DNA of 63,990 bases, the filler included, from Octopus bimaculoides (taxonomy: Eukaryota): the NCBI RefSeq assembly GCF_001194135.2. It is 6 parts of 6 records of this genome, joined end to end, with 100 filler letters (N's around TTAATTAATTAA, not from the genome) between each part and the next. Parts side by side here need not be neighbours in the genome. Positions count along the whole stretch, not along the records: positions 51,829 to 53,720 come from NC_068998.1; positions 53,821 to 58,523 come from NC_068997.1; positions 58,624 to 61,819 come from NC_068983.1; positions 61,920 to 63,990 come from NC_068999.1; 2 more parts are not named here. One strand, 5' to 3'. The notes under the pieces were generated by a model. It had not been told where the DNA came from. It made no database searches and saw only the letters and a list, made by a program, of their open reading frames with translations. Of this stretch, positions 52,721-63,990 are shown one piece after another (the first letter of the stretch is position 1; the number at the start of each line of letters is the position of its first letter). Both the position numbers and the translations under genes were made by a program.

Positions 52721-53638
52721 CAGTCACAAGACAAGACATACACGCAAAAGATCTAGGGTGACATATTATAGAATATTGTACCACGGCAGAACACAAGACA
52801 AGAACCATATTACACAACACCATATCAGTAAAACAAGACGAAGTATTACACATAACAACTTCATATCACGGCACAACATAACATGATAATCGCAAAGAAA
52901 AGTACACAATACACTCATTCACACAACACTCTTCGTTACATATATTATGAAACACTGCATCACAACAGAACACAAATTATGAGCCACATTACATGCAAAA
53001 ACATCAAGCAACACAACTATATACAGTATCACTAGACATCATCAACCACAATATCAACATCAGCAACAACTAGTAAATATCAATTTCTGAAAACTGAAAT
53101 GTGTGAAAGCCTAAGGAGATTTCCAGATATTTCAAATGTTATTTGAGCCTGAGGGATCCAAGGGCTACAAGAAGATTCGGTGGTAATGTTGTCATCTTAT
53201 CTATACAGCCATCGGCCTGTGTCCATCAAGGTTCTTCTTGAGCGTTCTAATCTGTCTCATCTACCTTTGTGCAATTTTAACAATGGATGATTATTAAGCG
53301 TGATAAAAAGGCCGGAAATGTTTCCAATGAATCCTGATTAGCAAACAGCAGAGAGGAGATGGTGAAGAGGGGCTGGGAGAGACACATGCAGAGAGAGAGA
53401 GAGGGAGGGAGCGAGAGAGAAAGGCAGATAGATACAGAGGGGGTGAGGACGGAGAGGGAGAGAGTGGGAGAGGGAGAGCGGGAATTATGGAGAGAGAAAC
53501 AGAGTAAGAGATAAGAGTGGATTGATACAAGGGTAAAATAACGGGAAGAGACAGATAAAAGGATTGATAGAATAGATAGAATAGATGAGTATGTCTCAGT
53601 ACTTGTGTGCATACGAAATTAATCTATCTATCTATCTG

Positions 53639-53689
<51 letters not shown>

Positions 53690-53764
53690 GTATATATATT
53701 GCATATATATATATATATATNNNNNNNNNNNNNNNNNNNNNNNNNNNNNNNNNNNNNNNNNNNN

Positions 53765-53776
53765 TTAATTAATTAA
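53765..53776. other. assembly linker TTAATTAATTAA
   Basis: N44-linker-N44. Confidence 0.95.
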
Positions 53777-54249
53777 NNNNNNNNNNNNNNNNNNNNNNNN
53801 NNNNNNNNNNNNNNNNNNNNTATATATATATATATATATGTATTTATGTATATGTGTGTGTGCATATACATATAAATAAATATATATATAGTTGCACAAA
53901 GAAGAGTGTATGTGTGCGTGTATGGGTGTTTGTATGTGTGTGTATATGTTGAGATGTAAGTAGGAAGTGTGCTATGTCAATAAGGTTACTCTTGTGATAA
54001 GAAAAGAAAGAACAAACAGGTTACATGAATGGATGACTGTAAATAGAGACACAGACAGATCGACAGGCAGATAGACAAATAAGCAAATACCTAGAAACAT
54101 ACTTACCCACAAGCATACACACACACGTGTGTGTGTGTGTCTACCTGTCTGTCTGTCTGTCTATGCAGATGCAGGTTCTATGTTTGTGTGTATGTGTCAG
54201 TGTCTGTATGTGTTAATGTATATACGTTTAATATATCTTTTTTGTTTTT

Positions 54250-54598
54250 ACTTGTCTTAGTCATTCGACTGCGGCCATGCTGGAGCACCACCTTTAGTCG
54301 AGCAAATCGACCTCAAGACTTATTCTTTGTAAGCCTAGCACTTATTCTATCGGTCTCTTTTGCGGAACCGCTAAGTTACGGGGACATAAACACACCAAAA
54401 TCGGTTGTCAAGCAATGCTAGGGGGACAAACACAGACACACAAATACACACACACATACTTATATATATACATATATATGACGGGCTTCTTTTCAGTTTC
54501 CGTCTACCAAATCCACTCACAAGGCTTTGGTCGGCCCGAGGCTATAGTAGAAGATATTTGCCCAAGATGCCACGCAGTGGGACTGAACCCGGAACAAA
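54250..54598 (-). mobile_element. SINE family B
   Basis: Reverse complement of 44712-45119 with a truncated head. Confidence 0.9.
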
Positions 54599-54645
54599 AT
54601 AAACTACAAAAGGAAAAGAAAACAGAACAAAGTGACAGTTTTACC

Positions 54646-54836
54646 TTGTTTTTCTATATTTCAGGGTGAAGAACCCCTTTTCAGGACATGTAGAAAACGC
54701 AGTAGTTGGAAAAAGTCGTTGCTCAGATGTGTGGTGGGGAAGGAGGTATGGGAGAGCGAGCAGCGACTTTTTCCAATTACTGCTTTTTCCAAATGTCCTG
54801 AAGAAAGGGTCTTCAGTCCGAAATATAGAAATACAA
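54646..54836. repeat. imperfect inverted repeat (~80-bp arms, ~28-nt loop)
   Basis: TTTCTATATTTC...TTCAGGACAT...GCAGTAGTTGGAAAAAGTCGTTGCTC is mirrored by GAGCAGCGACTTTTTCCAATTACTGC...ATGTCCTGAA...GAAATATAGAAA. Confidence 0.88.
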
Positions 54837-55259
54837 ACTAAAACTACAATTTTGTTTTGTTTTCTTTTATTTTGTAGTTTATTTTGTTTCTTCTCTCATT
54901 ATTCCGGCTTTACACAACCTTCTTTAAACTTATACCACACAGTACTTCACCAAAACTACCACATGCACACACACACACACATGTGTGTATATATATATAT
55001 ATATATACATATGTAAAGATCCCTTCGGTCATAAATGACCATGGGATTGCACTTAGAACGTTACTATTAAATTTCATTCAATTTTTTAAAAAAAGGTAAA
55101 ATCGGACAGAACTTATGGGGATGACCTGATATATATATTTATATACGCACATAGACATGGTCTTTGCCTAAGTGGAAATGCATACGCCAGTTTAGACATG
55201 TACTCGTTTCTCGCTAGTGGTGGGCATGGCAAGTTAAAAATCACCAGCAACACTTACAC

Positions 55260-55750
<491 letters not shown>

Positions 55751-55930
55751 GGTACTACTAAATATGAAATGAATAAACGAAATGTCACTGTTGTATTATT
55801 ACCGATGGAGAACTTCTAAAGTGGGGTAATTGAAAATATATGTTTAGTATTAAGCTGGATCTGACGATAGTATGAAATTAGTAATATATATATGTATATA
55901 CATTTCATTGGAACTAAGGGTATTACTCAC

Positions 55931-56017
55931 CTTCAAGTTATTGGAATATAACCAGAGCGAAATTAAAAAGTCTGTGGCGTTGGTACATTGCACAACGAAA
56001 CGACTGATCGTTGAAAT
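55931..56017 (-). CDS. candidate 87-bp exon (ISTISRFVVQCTNATDFLISLWLYSNNLK), unverified
   Basis: Strong donor AAG|gtgagt, acceptor tctacatttgatag, open in phase 0; no recognisable domain. Confidence 0.25.
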
Positions 56018-56201
56018 CTATCAAATGTAGAAACAGAGGTCAGCCAGGTAACTGGTGATTATGGTCAATATATTCAGTGCTGTCCGTAATGCAGTGATGA
56101 ATATTGTAAATACAATTCCTGGTAAAGAAGCGTGGAATTGCCACATTTGGTGGGTGCTCATCCAGCTTGTATTTCCTGGTAAAAACGCGAATCGTGACAG
56201 C

Positions 56202-56301
56202 AACTGACGAGACTACAAATAGATTCGAAAAGTGCAGCGTACACTGTTGTAACTTCTATTTCTGTAACTGACGAGACTTCAAATAGAGCCGAAAATGTCA
56301 G
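56202..56301 (+). ncRNA. two tandem degenerate hammerhead-ribozyme-like motifs (PLE/retrozyme type)
   Basis: CTGACGA-GACT(A/T)CAAATAGA(TT/GC)C-GAAA occurs twice, 64 bp apart; the second is followed by ATGTC (GUC-like site); stems are imperfect. Confidence 0.45.
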
Positions 56302-56447
56302 AAGCCTCCGAACGGGGTTCGTTTTCCACAGTTCTCTTCAAACAGCAAAGCTTCCTTTCCGTCTAGCGATTTCTTAGTCTGTACACCAGATTTAGTTTCA
56401 AGAAAGAAGCCGTAATTGGGATGGCTCTGACAATGGTAGATCTAAAG

Positions 56448-56705
56448 CAGTGGTGCTCAACCATTTTTTGCCAATGAACTCCTTTTGTTCCTATTTTATT
56501 CTACTAAACCTCCATGTTAAAAAAATCTATATTTTATGATTAAATATTATCAAGATTTGTATTAAAAAAATTCTACAAACATTTTGTGCATTGTAGAAGT
56601 ATAACCAAATTATTGTTCATAAGCTTCAATAATAAAATCTTATATGGACCCCCAAGGGTCATATGCACCCCCAAGGGTCATATGCACCTTGGTTGAGAAC
56701 CACTG
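56448..56705. mobile_element. hAT (Charlie-type) MITE
   Basis: TIRs CAGTGGTGCTCAACC / GGTTGAGAACCACTG; 8-bp TSD ATCTAAAG / GTCTAAAG; internal 19-bp tandem duplication CCCCAAGGGTCATATGCAC. Confidence 0.9.
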
Positions 56706-56815
56706 GTCTAAAGGAAGAGGCTTTGCTCGTGGCGCGATCTGGAGGTAAAGAGTTCGCCAATGGTATAGATTATCCATGTTTTCGTCCAATCAGAAGATAA
56801 CGTGTTCTTAGTTCC

Positions 56816-57055
56816 GCCTGGAAGAAAAGATTGTACCTATGCTTTCATCTGGAAGAAGAGGATATACGCCTGGCTTGATCTGGAAAAAGGGTCTCTGTTT
56901 GGAGGAAGAGAATCCGTTCATTCTCTCATCCGGAGAACAAGGTTGTGTGCCTTTAATTTCGTCTGGAGATGGAGAATGTGCGCATGGTTGAGATTGGAGG
57001 AAAAGGCTGTGTTTATAGTTCGGTTGGGCGGGAAAGCCTGTGCTCATGCGCTTTT
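56816..57055. repeat. degenerate ~31-bp periodic array (core CTGGAR)
   Basis: Unit starts at 56816, 56847, 56878, 56897, 56928, 56961, 56992 and 57022. Confidence 0.65.
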
Positions 57056-58567
57056 GATGGTACGTTTTACATTGAGCTGCAAGTTTGAATGGATACATAG
57101 ATGAATATATATGACTATAGGAAAATACAAACTCTAAACAAAACTGGATGTGTGTGTACATGCGTGCGCATATATGTCTATCGGTTGTTATATATCTACT
57201 TACCTGTGTGTCTACTTACCTACCTACCTACCTACCTACCTACCTACCTCCATACCTACATACTTATCTAACTATTTACCTACAAAACCTGTCTACATAT
57301 CTACCTACATAACTATCTACTCATCTATCTGTCTAACCGTCTATCTATTTAGCTAACCACCTACCTAGCTACATAGCTAACTACCTACCTATCTACCTAT
57401 CTAACTACTTATCCATTTCACACTCTCTGCTTCTCTCTCCTTCTCCGTAACTATCTAACTTACTAACTGTCTTTCTAATTATCTACTTATTTATCTCTCT
57501 ACATATTTGTCTATTTAGGATCTGTCTATTAGCTTTATCTATCTATCTATCTATCTATCTGTCTNNNNNNNNNNNNNNNNNNNNNNNNNNNNNNNNNNNN
57601 NNNNNNNNNNNNNNNNNNNNNNNNNNNNNNNNNNNNNNNNNNNNNNNNNNNNNNNNNNNNNNNNNNNNNNNNNNNNNNNNNNNNNNNNNNNNNNNNNNNN
57701 NNNNNNNNNNNNNNNNNNNNNNNNNNNNNNNNNNNNNNNNNNNNNNNNNNNNNNNNNNNNNNNNNNNNNNNNNNNNNNNNNNNNNNNNNNNNNNNNNNNN
57801 NNNNNNNNNNNNNNNNNNNNNNNNNNNNNNNNNNNNNNNNNNNNNNNNNNNNNNNNNNNNNNNNNNNNNNNNNNNNNNNNNNNNNNNNNNNNNNNNNNNN
57901 NNNNNNNNNNNNNNNNNNNNNNNNNNNNNNNNNNNNNNNNNNNNNNNNNNNNNNNNNNNNNNNNNNNNNNNNNNNNNNNNNNNNNNNNNNNNNNNNNNNN
58001 NNNNNNNNNNNNNNNNNNNNNNNNNNNNNNNNNNNNNNNNNNNNNNNNNNNNNNNNNNNNNNNNNNNNNNNNNNNNNNNNNNNNNNNNNNNNNNNNNNNN
58101 NNNNNNNNNNNNNNNNNNNNNNNAACACTAACACCGCCACCACCACAGCAACAACGACAACAACAACAATAACAACAACAGCAACAACCATACGACGACA
58201 GCAACAACAACAAGCAGAACCTACCCATCGCTCTCATCATCATCATCATCATCATCAACAACAGGACCGTCGTTACTACCGAGGCAAGGTTCATCTCAAC
58301 AGCTCCTCGTTCGCTTCTAAGTCGTCTCCGTCGCTTTAAGGATGATACGGCGATGAGGACGCCGTCGACGACGACGAGGACTATAACGACGACCGATGAT
58401 AAAACGACGTCGACGACGATGAAGATGATGATGATGATGAGGAGGAGGAGGATGTTGATGATGAGGATGATGACGACTGATGTTCGTGATGGTTATGGTA
58501 GCAGCGGTGGTGGCGTCGAGGATNNNNNNNNNNNNNNNNNNNNNNNNNNNNNNNNNNNNNNNNNNNN

Positions 58568-58579
58568 TTAATTAATTAA
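58568..58579. other. assembly linker TTAATTAATTAA
   Basis: N44-linker-N44. Confidence 0.95.
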
Positions 58580-58623
58580 NNNNNNNNNNNNNNNNNNNNN
58601 NNNNNNNNNNNNNNNNNNNNNNN

Positions 58624-58795
58624 TATATATACGACGGGCTTCTTTCAGTTTCCGTCTACCAAATCCACTCACAAGGCTTTGGTCGGCCCAAGGCTATAAT
58701 AGAAGACACTTGCCCAAGGTGCCGCGCAGTGGGACTGAACCCGAGACCATGTGGTTGGTAAGCAAGCCACTTACCACACAGCCACTCCTGCGCTT
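58624..58795 (-). mobile_element. SINE family B 5' half
   Basis: Head and core match 44712-44880. Confidence 0.9.
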
Positions 58796-59355
58796 ATGTA
58801 TATATATATTTTTTCATAATTTGTATATATTTACTTTATTATAAATGCAAAACAACACCACAGAGGAATTGACGCAAGCTTAATTGATAAACTGTGATAG
58901 GTGAACGGCGAAATGGCGAGGGATTAATATATCTAATAATTTTGCTTCACAGTGTTAACGCAACATTTTAGGGCAGCGAGCTATGCTTTGCGTCATTTCC
59001 CTGATATTGCTAGCCTTGTGCCAAACTTTGTAATCAATATTAACGTAACATTTTTGTGAAATTTCTAAGCCAAAACTTTTTCAAGTAAAGAGGTAAAACA
59101 TATGTTTCGGTGATTTCTTTTCATTCACGATAAGGAATAGTTTCGTGATTATTCTTTCAAATTTCACAATTATTGTATTTGAATATTTAAGTGAAAAATA
59201 ACATATTTACCTTACAAACAACAAAATTAACTGTTTCACTAAAAAAGAAAGTTAGTAGAAGGAATTGCATTAAAAAAATCGAAATAAATTTACAGCAAAT
59301 TAAATGTTTAACCAAGTGAAGATGTTAGTAAATATGTTACTATTTTAAATGTTAT

Positions 59356-59420
<65 letters not shown>

Positions 59421-59433
59421 CCAGTATTCTTAC

Positions 59434-59498
59434 CTTGGTCTTCTTCATTTCATCAGGTTGCATTTGAGAGTGAAATAATCATGGCTATTTTTTCGGTA
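59434..59498 (-). other. candidate 65-bp exon (5' UTR or first coding, MQPDEMKKTK), unverified
   Basis: Good acceptor tttttttttctcctcacaaaacag and donor AAG|gtaaga; all three full frames contain stops, so it is only coding from an internal ATG. Confidence 0.3.
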
Positions 59499-59999
59499 CT
59501 GTTTTGTGAGGAGAAAAAAAAATGCTTTGACCAATAATAATGCACAAATATTATTTTTACTTCGCATGTGTGAATTTAATGAATAACTTTAATAAAATTT
59601 ATTGTTTCTTCATTCTCTAAATAAATAACTTGAAAATCAACGATTGCATATTTATAATGGAAATTAGCAATTTATGACGTTATAATAGAAATATATCGAA
59701 AGAAATATATATATATATATATATAAAAAGAATAGTTTCGTGATTATACATATATATATATATTGCCCCCACTCCTTAATTTTTCTCTGTTGAAAAATCA
59801 AAATTAAAATGACGTCACAATAGAAAATTTTTAAAAACGGTCTCCTTTCATGAAATCATTAAAATAGCGTGTGAAGAATAGATGAAAAACAAATCTAAAG
59901 GCAATGATCGACAAAACTCAGACAGCAAATGTTGAATATGCAGGAAAGGAGACTAAAGTATCAATCACCTTTTAAGTGAGTGCAGTTTACTATTACAAA

Positions 60000-60465
60000 A
60001 GGAATATAAACGCAGACATGACTGCAAAAGAGTGCATTGGGAGTTTAGCTTCAAAACAACAGAAAAGTGATATGAACAGAAACCACAAGCTGTGATAGAA
60101 AAATGAGAATTACATGACTTTCTGGAATTTTCCCACAAAGTCTGATCATACTATTGAAGCAAGATGACCAGATATGATCATTGGAGACAAGGTAAACAGA
60201 TAGAGTAAGATCATAGATTTTGCAGTTTCCTATGATAGCAGAGTCAATATCAAAGAAAATGAAAAGAAATTGAGAAATATTAGGATCTAGTCACAGAACT
60301 GAGGAGAAAGTGGAAGATAAAGGCAACAATTATTGAACTTAGCACAACTTCCAAAATGCAACCAAAAGGCCTGAAAGAGATTGGAATTGAAACTCGCATT
60401 GTCGACCTGCTGCAAAGAATCATCCTATATTCTGCAAGGATCCCTACGGAAGATTCTTGAGATTT
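60000..60465 (+). mobile_element. R4/Dong-like LINE REL-endonuclease fragment (heavily decayed)
   Basis: KW(Y)E.KPQAVIENE, DHTIEA.RPDM and KIIDFAVSYDSRVN pieces. Confidence 0.75.
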
Positions 60466-60499
60466 AACATGTGGGTGGTTGCTTTGATAAGATATGGCG

Positions 60500-61748
60500 C
60501 AGGAATAGTATCTTGGAAGAAGCATGAATTACAAGAGATAGACTAGAGAACGCGTAACTTAATGACAATGAACAAGGAACTACACTCCAAGAGTGATGTG
60601 TCAAGATTGTATGTAAAGAGGAAAGAAGGAGGACGGGGATTGGTGTGTTTTGAAGGTTGTGTAAGGGGAAGACGAAAATAGCCTGGCTTTGTATGTCAAG
60701 AGGAGTAAAGAGGAAATTATTGAAGCAGTGAAAATGTAGGGAACCTTAAAAGTGAACGAAGCCGTAGATCCAACACAATTTAAGAAAAACCAGAGAGAGC
60801 AGATGAAGAAAATTGGCAGAACAAGAAAATGCACAGTCAGTTCTTGAAGAATAAATATGAGATTGATTGGAATAGAACCTGGCAATGGCTGTGGAAAGGA
60901 GACTTAAAAAAGGCCCATTGAAGCATTAGTGTGCAGTGCTCAAGAACAAGCTCTCAGAACAAACTACTCCAAATATCACATTGATAAAAGCACTGACTCA
61001 CCACAGTGTAGGATATGCTCTGAGAAAGAAGAAAGTATAAGCCGTATTATTAGTGAGTGCTGTAAGCTCACACAACGGGAATATAAAAGAAGACACAACA
61101 ATGTGGCCAGATATGTCCACTGGCTGTTGTGCAGTAAAGCAAACCTCAAGAGAGCTGAACAATGGTATGAACACAAGACAGAGGGAGTAATGGAAAACGA
61201 ACATTACAAAATACTCTGAGATTTTAACTTACAGTGTGACCAAGTCATAGAAGCGAGACGACCAGATATTGTGCTCATCCATAAAGATGAAAAAGAAGTA
61301 AAGATAATAGATGCTGCAATACCAGGCGATTCGAAGGTGAAATGTAAAGAAAGAGAAAAGATTTATTTCTTTATTGCCCACATGGGCTAAACATCGAGGC
61401 GACAAACAAGGACAGACAAAGGGATTAAGTCGATTACATCGACCTCAGTGCGTAACTGGTACTTATTTAATCGACCCCGAAAGGATGAAAGGCAAAATCG
61501 ACCTCGGCGGAATTGGAGCATTAGGAGCAGTTTCCAAGGGCTTTGAAAAACATATTAAGAATATTGGAACTGCTGTCAGGTTTGAGGGATCCAGAAGACA
61601 GCATTGTTGGGTACAGTTCGCATTCTAAGGAGAGTATTGTCTCTTTGAGTCACAGGAGAAGGCACTACTTGAAACCTTTGGTGATTTGTTATTGCCTGCT
61701 TTCAAGTAAAGAACAACCGGTAATTAAGAATTATCCGCGAGCCTTCCA

Positions 61749-61819
<71 letters not shown>
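60500..61819 (+). mobile_element. R4/Dong-like LINE 3' fragment with (AAT)n tail, interrupted by a SINE
   Basis: SDVSRLYVKRKEGGRGL, AQEQALRTNY, CRICSEKEESISRIISEC, RHNNV, RRPDIV, IDAAIPGD; after the SINE, IGALGAV...QKTALLGTVRILRRVL. Confidence 0.88.
61361..61514 (-). mobile_element. SINE family A, 5'-truncated
   Basis: Tail and core as in 241-400, ending in CGGCGGAATT. Confidence 0.88.
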
Positions 61820-61863
61820 NNNNNNNNNNNNNNNNNNNNNNNNNNNNNNNNNNNNNNNNNNNN

Positions 61864-61875
61864 TTAATTAATTAA
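61864..61875. other. assembly linker TTAATTAATTAA
   Basis: N44-linker-N44. Confidence 0.95.
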
Positions 61876-61929
61876 NNNNNNNNNNNNNNNNNNNNNNNNN
61901 NNNNNNNNNNNNNNNNNNNTATACATATA

Positions 61930-62103
61930 TACATATATAAGACGGGCTTCTTTCAGTTTCCGTCTACCAAATCCACTCACAAGGCTTTGGTCGACCCGAG
62001 GCTATAGTAGAAGACACTTGCCCAAGGTGCCACGCAGTGGGACTGAACCCGGAACCATGTGGTTGGTAAGCAAGCTACTTACCACACAGCCACTCCTACG
62101 CCT
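61930..62103 (-). mobile_element. SINE family B 5' half
   Basis: Near-consensus head and core. Confidence 0.9.
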
Positions 62104-62189
62104 ATATAATCAATACTGGAGTAACAATTCCTGCAGAACCTAAAATAAACGAAAAACTGAAGAATCCTGAACAAAGTAGAGGAAATACA

Positions 62190-63990
62190 AGGAATATTCC
62201 ACTGAAATATGGATTTACTTTAGTTCTTAGACATGAAGAATATCGTCCTCTTTGCGTAGGAAACGCTGTAACAAATATTTTCATTTTGTTAAACTTAGAA
62301 GACATCTTGGAATTGTGATTTCTATGCAGACAAATCCTCACTGCTTTTTTTTTTTTTGAAAGACTACGGAAATTTTCGAATGAAAAAGAATTTGTTTTTT
62401 AAAGAACATGTACAACTGAAGAAAACTACCCGTGGGTATCAGACGATGTGTCCTACTTAATTACAAATGCTAAGAAATCCTACACAATTGCAAAGAGCTT
62501 CAATTGCCGGCGGCAGGTCAAAGACAACAAAATCTACTGCTGCAGACGAAATAAGAAAAAGTTAAATGATGCGGTATGTAAAAGAATTACAGGAATTGGC
62601 ATTAACCATTTTGTACAACCAAGAGAAAGAATTAAAGAAAATATTAAATTCATGAGTGAATTCGATGAATCGACCGAAATTGCAAATGTGGCTCTACAAC
62701 TGATATTTGCCAGCGTTTCATATTAAAAGCTGTGTACGTCAGGACTTATTGTTTTCTCGACGATTAGACGGACATAAAAAAGTAAAGATGTTTCCCCACA
62801 AAGTAGGCCATTTTTTTAGAGCTAATATATCCGGAATGACGATCTGCATTTTTACGACAGCCGATAGTCTTGTTTATAATTTTAGCGAACAGTTTGTTTG
62901 TTGATCCGTGCTAATATTTACCAACCGCTAATAAATTGTTATATGTACGGTGAACAGCTAGATTCGAAACCCCGGCTTGCATATTTATTGCTAATACGTT
63001 TTAGCAGACTCGAATGCAACATGCTAATCGTTGTCGTGTTCGTCAGAGAACAGGTTCTACATTACAACGACTCTATGTTTATAACACGTTCGATTCACAA
63101 GGGACACTGTTGTTTCGACATGTAGTACCTCGTCAGCCAGAAGTCCCCGGAACAATGAATTGAAACAGGAGCTGATCATCTTGCTTATAATTTCAGCGAA
63201 ATGGAACAACTGCATCAGTGAATATACGATGTCTTGGCAGCAACATCGGGAAAAATATGTAGGATTTCACGATAAAATTAAATCTACAAGCAATGGTCTT
63301 ATTTTATTCACGGATTATATGATTCATTGAGAAGCATTAGTAGCTACAACTAATTTATTCGGAGCTAAGTGTGGTAATACAAATAACACACACAATTAGT
63401 GACCCGTTGAATACAGAAGTACGGTGACTGCGAAAGGGAGGAGCTTTGACATGAGTTGTTGACTGAAAAACGAAGTAACGATTTTATTTTTTTCTTCAGA
63501 AAAGGACGGATATTTTGTGGAATTCTGTCATGATGCAAATTGGACTTGCAAATTACGCTATTTTTGTGGCATAATTTGGAAAGTTTAATGGAACTTAATG
63601 TTTCTCTAAGGGTAGAAGACAAACATTTTCACTTTACAAGGTAAAAATGAAACATTCATGAAAAAAGATATGAAACTTCGTAAAATACACTGTACAAAAT
63701 AACATGGATTCCATGTATTAATGACGATTTTGTCTGTGAAAATAACTTTAATTCGATTGAGTATCGATTAAACAGATGATAATCGAGCATTTTGTATGTA
63801 TGGTAAAACAGTTCAACAAATATTTTCCATCAGACATAGTAAATGGAAATCAAATTGGATACAAATTTCCATTCCTTGTAGCAATGGAACAGGTGAACAC
63901 GTCTTCCTTTGAAGACACCAAAAGGAATTTGCAGAACTGTCATGTGATTCAAGTTCTGAATATTATTTTTTCAAAAGACAAAGTTTACCG
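62190..63990 (+). pseudogene. decayed hAT transposase, Charlie/Buster (ZBED5-like) family
   Basis: Frame-hopping motifs KYGF...RPLCV / KLRRHL (BED finger), SYL..AKKSYTI, DESTEIA..QLIF (catalytic D), MIH.EAL, NTEVR*L (HTEVRWL), LNVSL and W(I)Q.; runs to the window end. Confidence 0.85.

Noticed and set aside
58124-58523. Low-complexity poly-T/Q/H/D-like stretch that might be a coding exon
   Set aside because: Stops interrupt every frame and both ends are in gaps.

Overview
AT-rich, gap-ridden eukaryotic genomic DNA dominated by microsatellites and transposable elements. The SINE families, microsatellite load and TE mix suggest an octopus (coleoid cephalopod) draft assembly; this is inference. 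The only host gene I can support is the 3' end of a minus-strand gene ending in a MAM domain: exon 43172-42916 joins in phase to terminal exon 40015-39932, and its upstream exons were not found. TE content includes many tRNA-derived SINEs, R4/Dong-like, Tx1/L1, RTE and CR1 LINE fragments, a compact decayed Gypsy LTR element (47753-51728), mariner/Tc1 relics and MITEs, two hAT-Charlie MITEs with TSDs and a decayed Charlie/Buster transposase. Five 100-bp N44-TTAATTAATTAA-N44 linkers are assembly joins, so contiguity across them is uncertain. The best second-look items are a SINE containing a captured copy of the neighbouring MAM exon, two tandem hammerhead-like motifs, a multi-junction templated inversion inside a Tx1 LINE, a ~190-bp hairpin and a phased ~31-bp motif array. 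All alignments and counts were done by eye; no database searches were run. I found no evidence for a wholly new multi-gene system.
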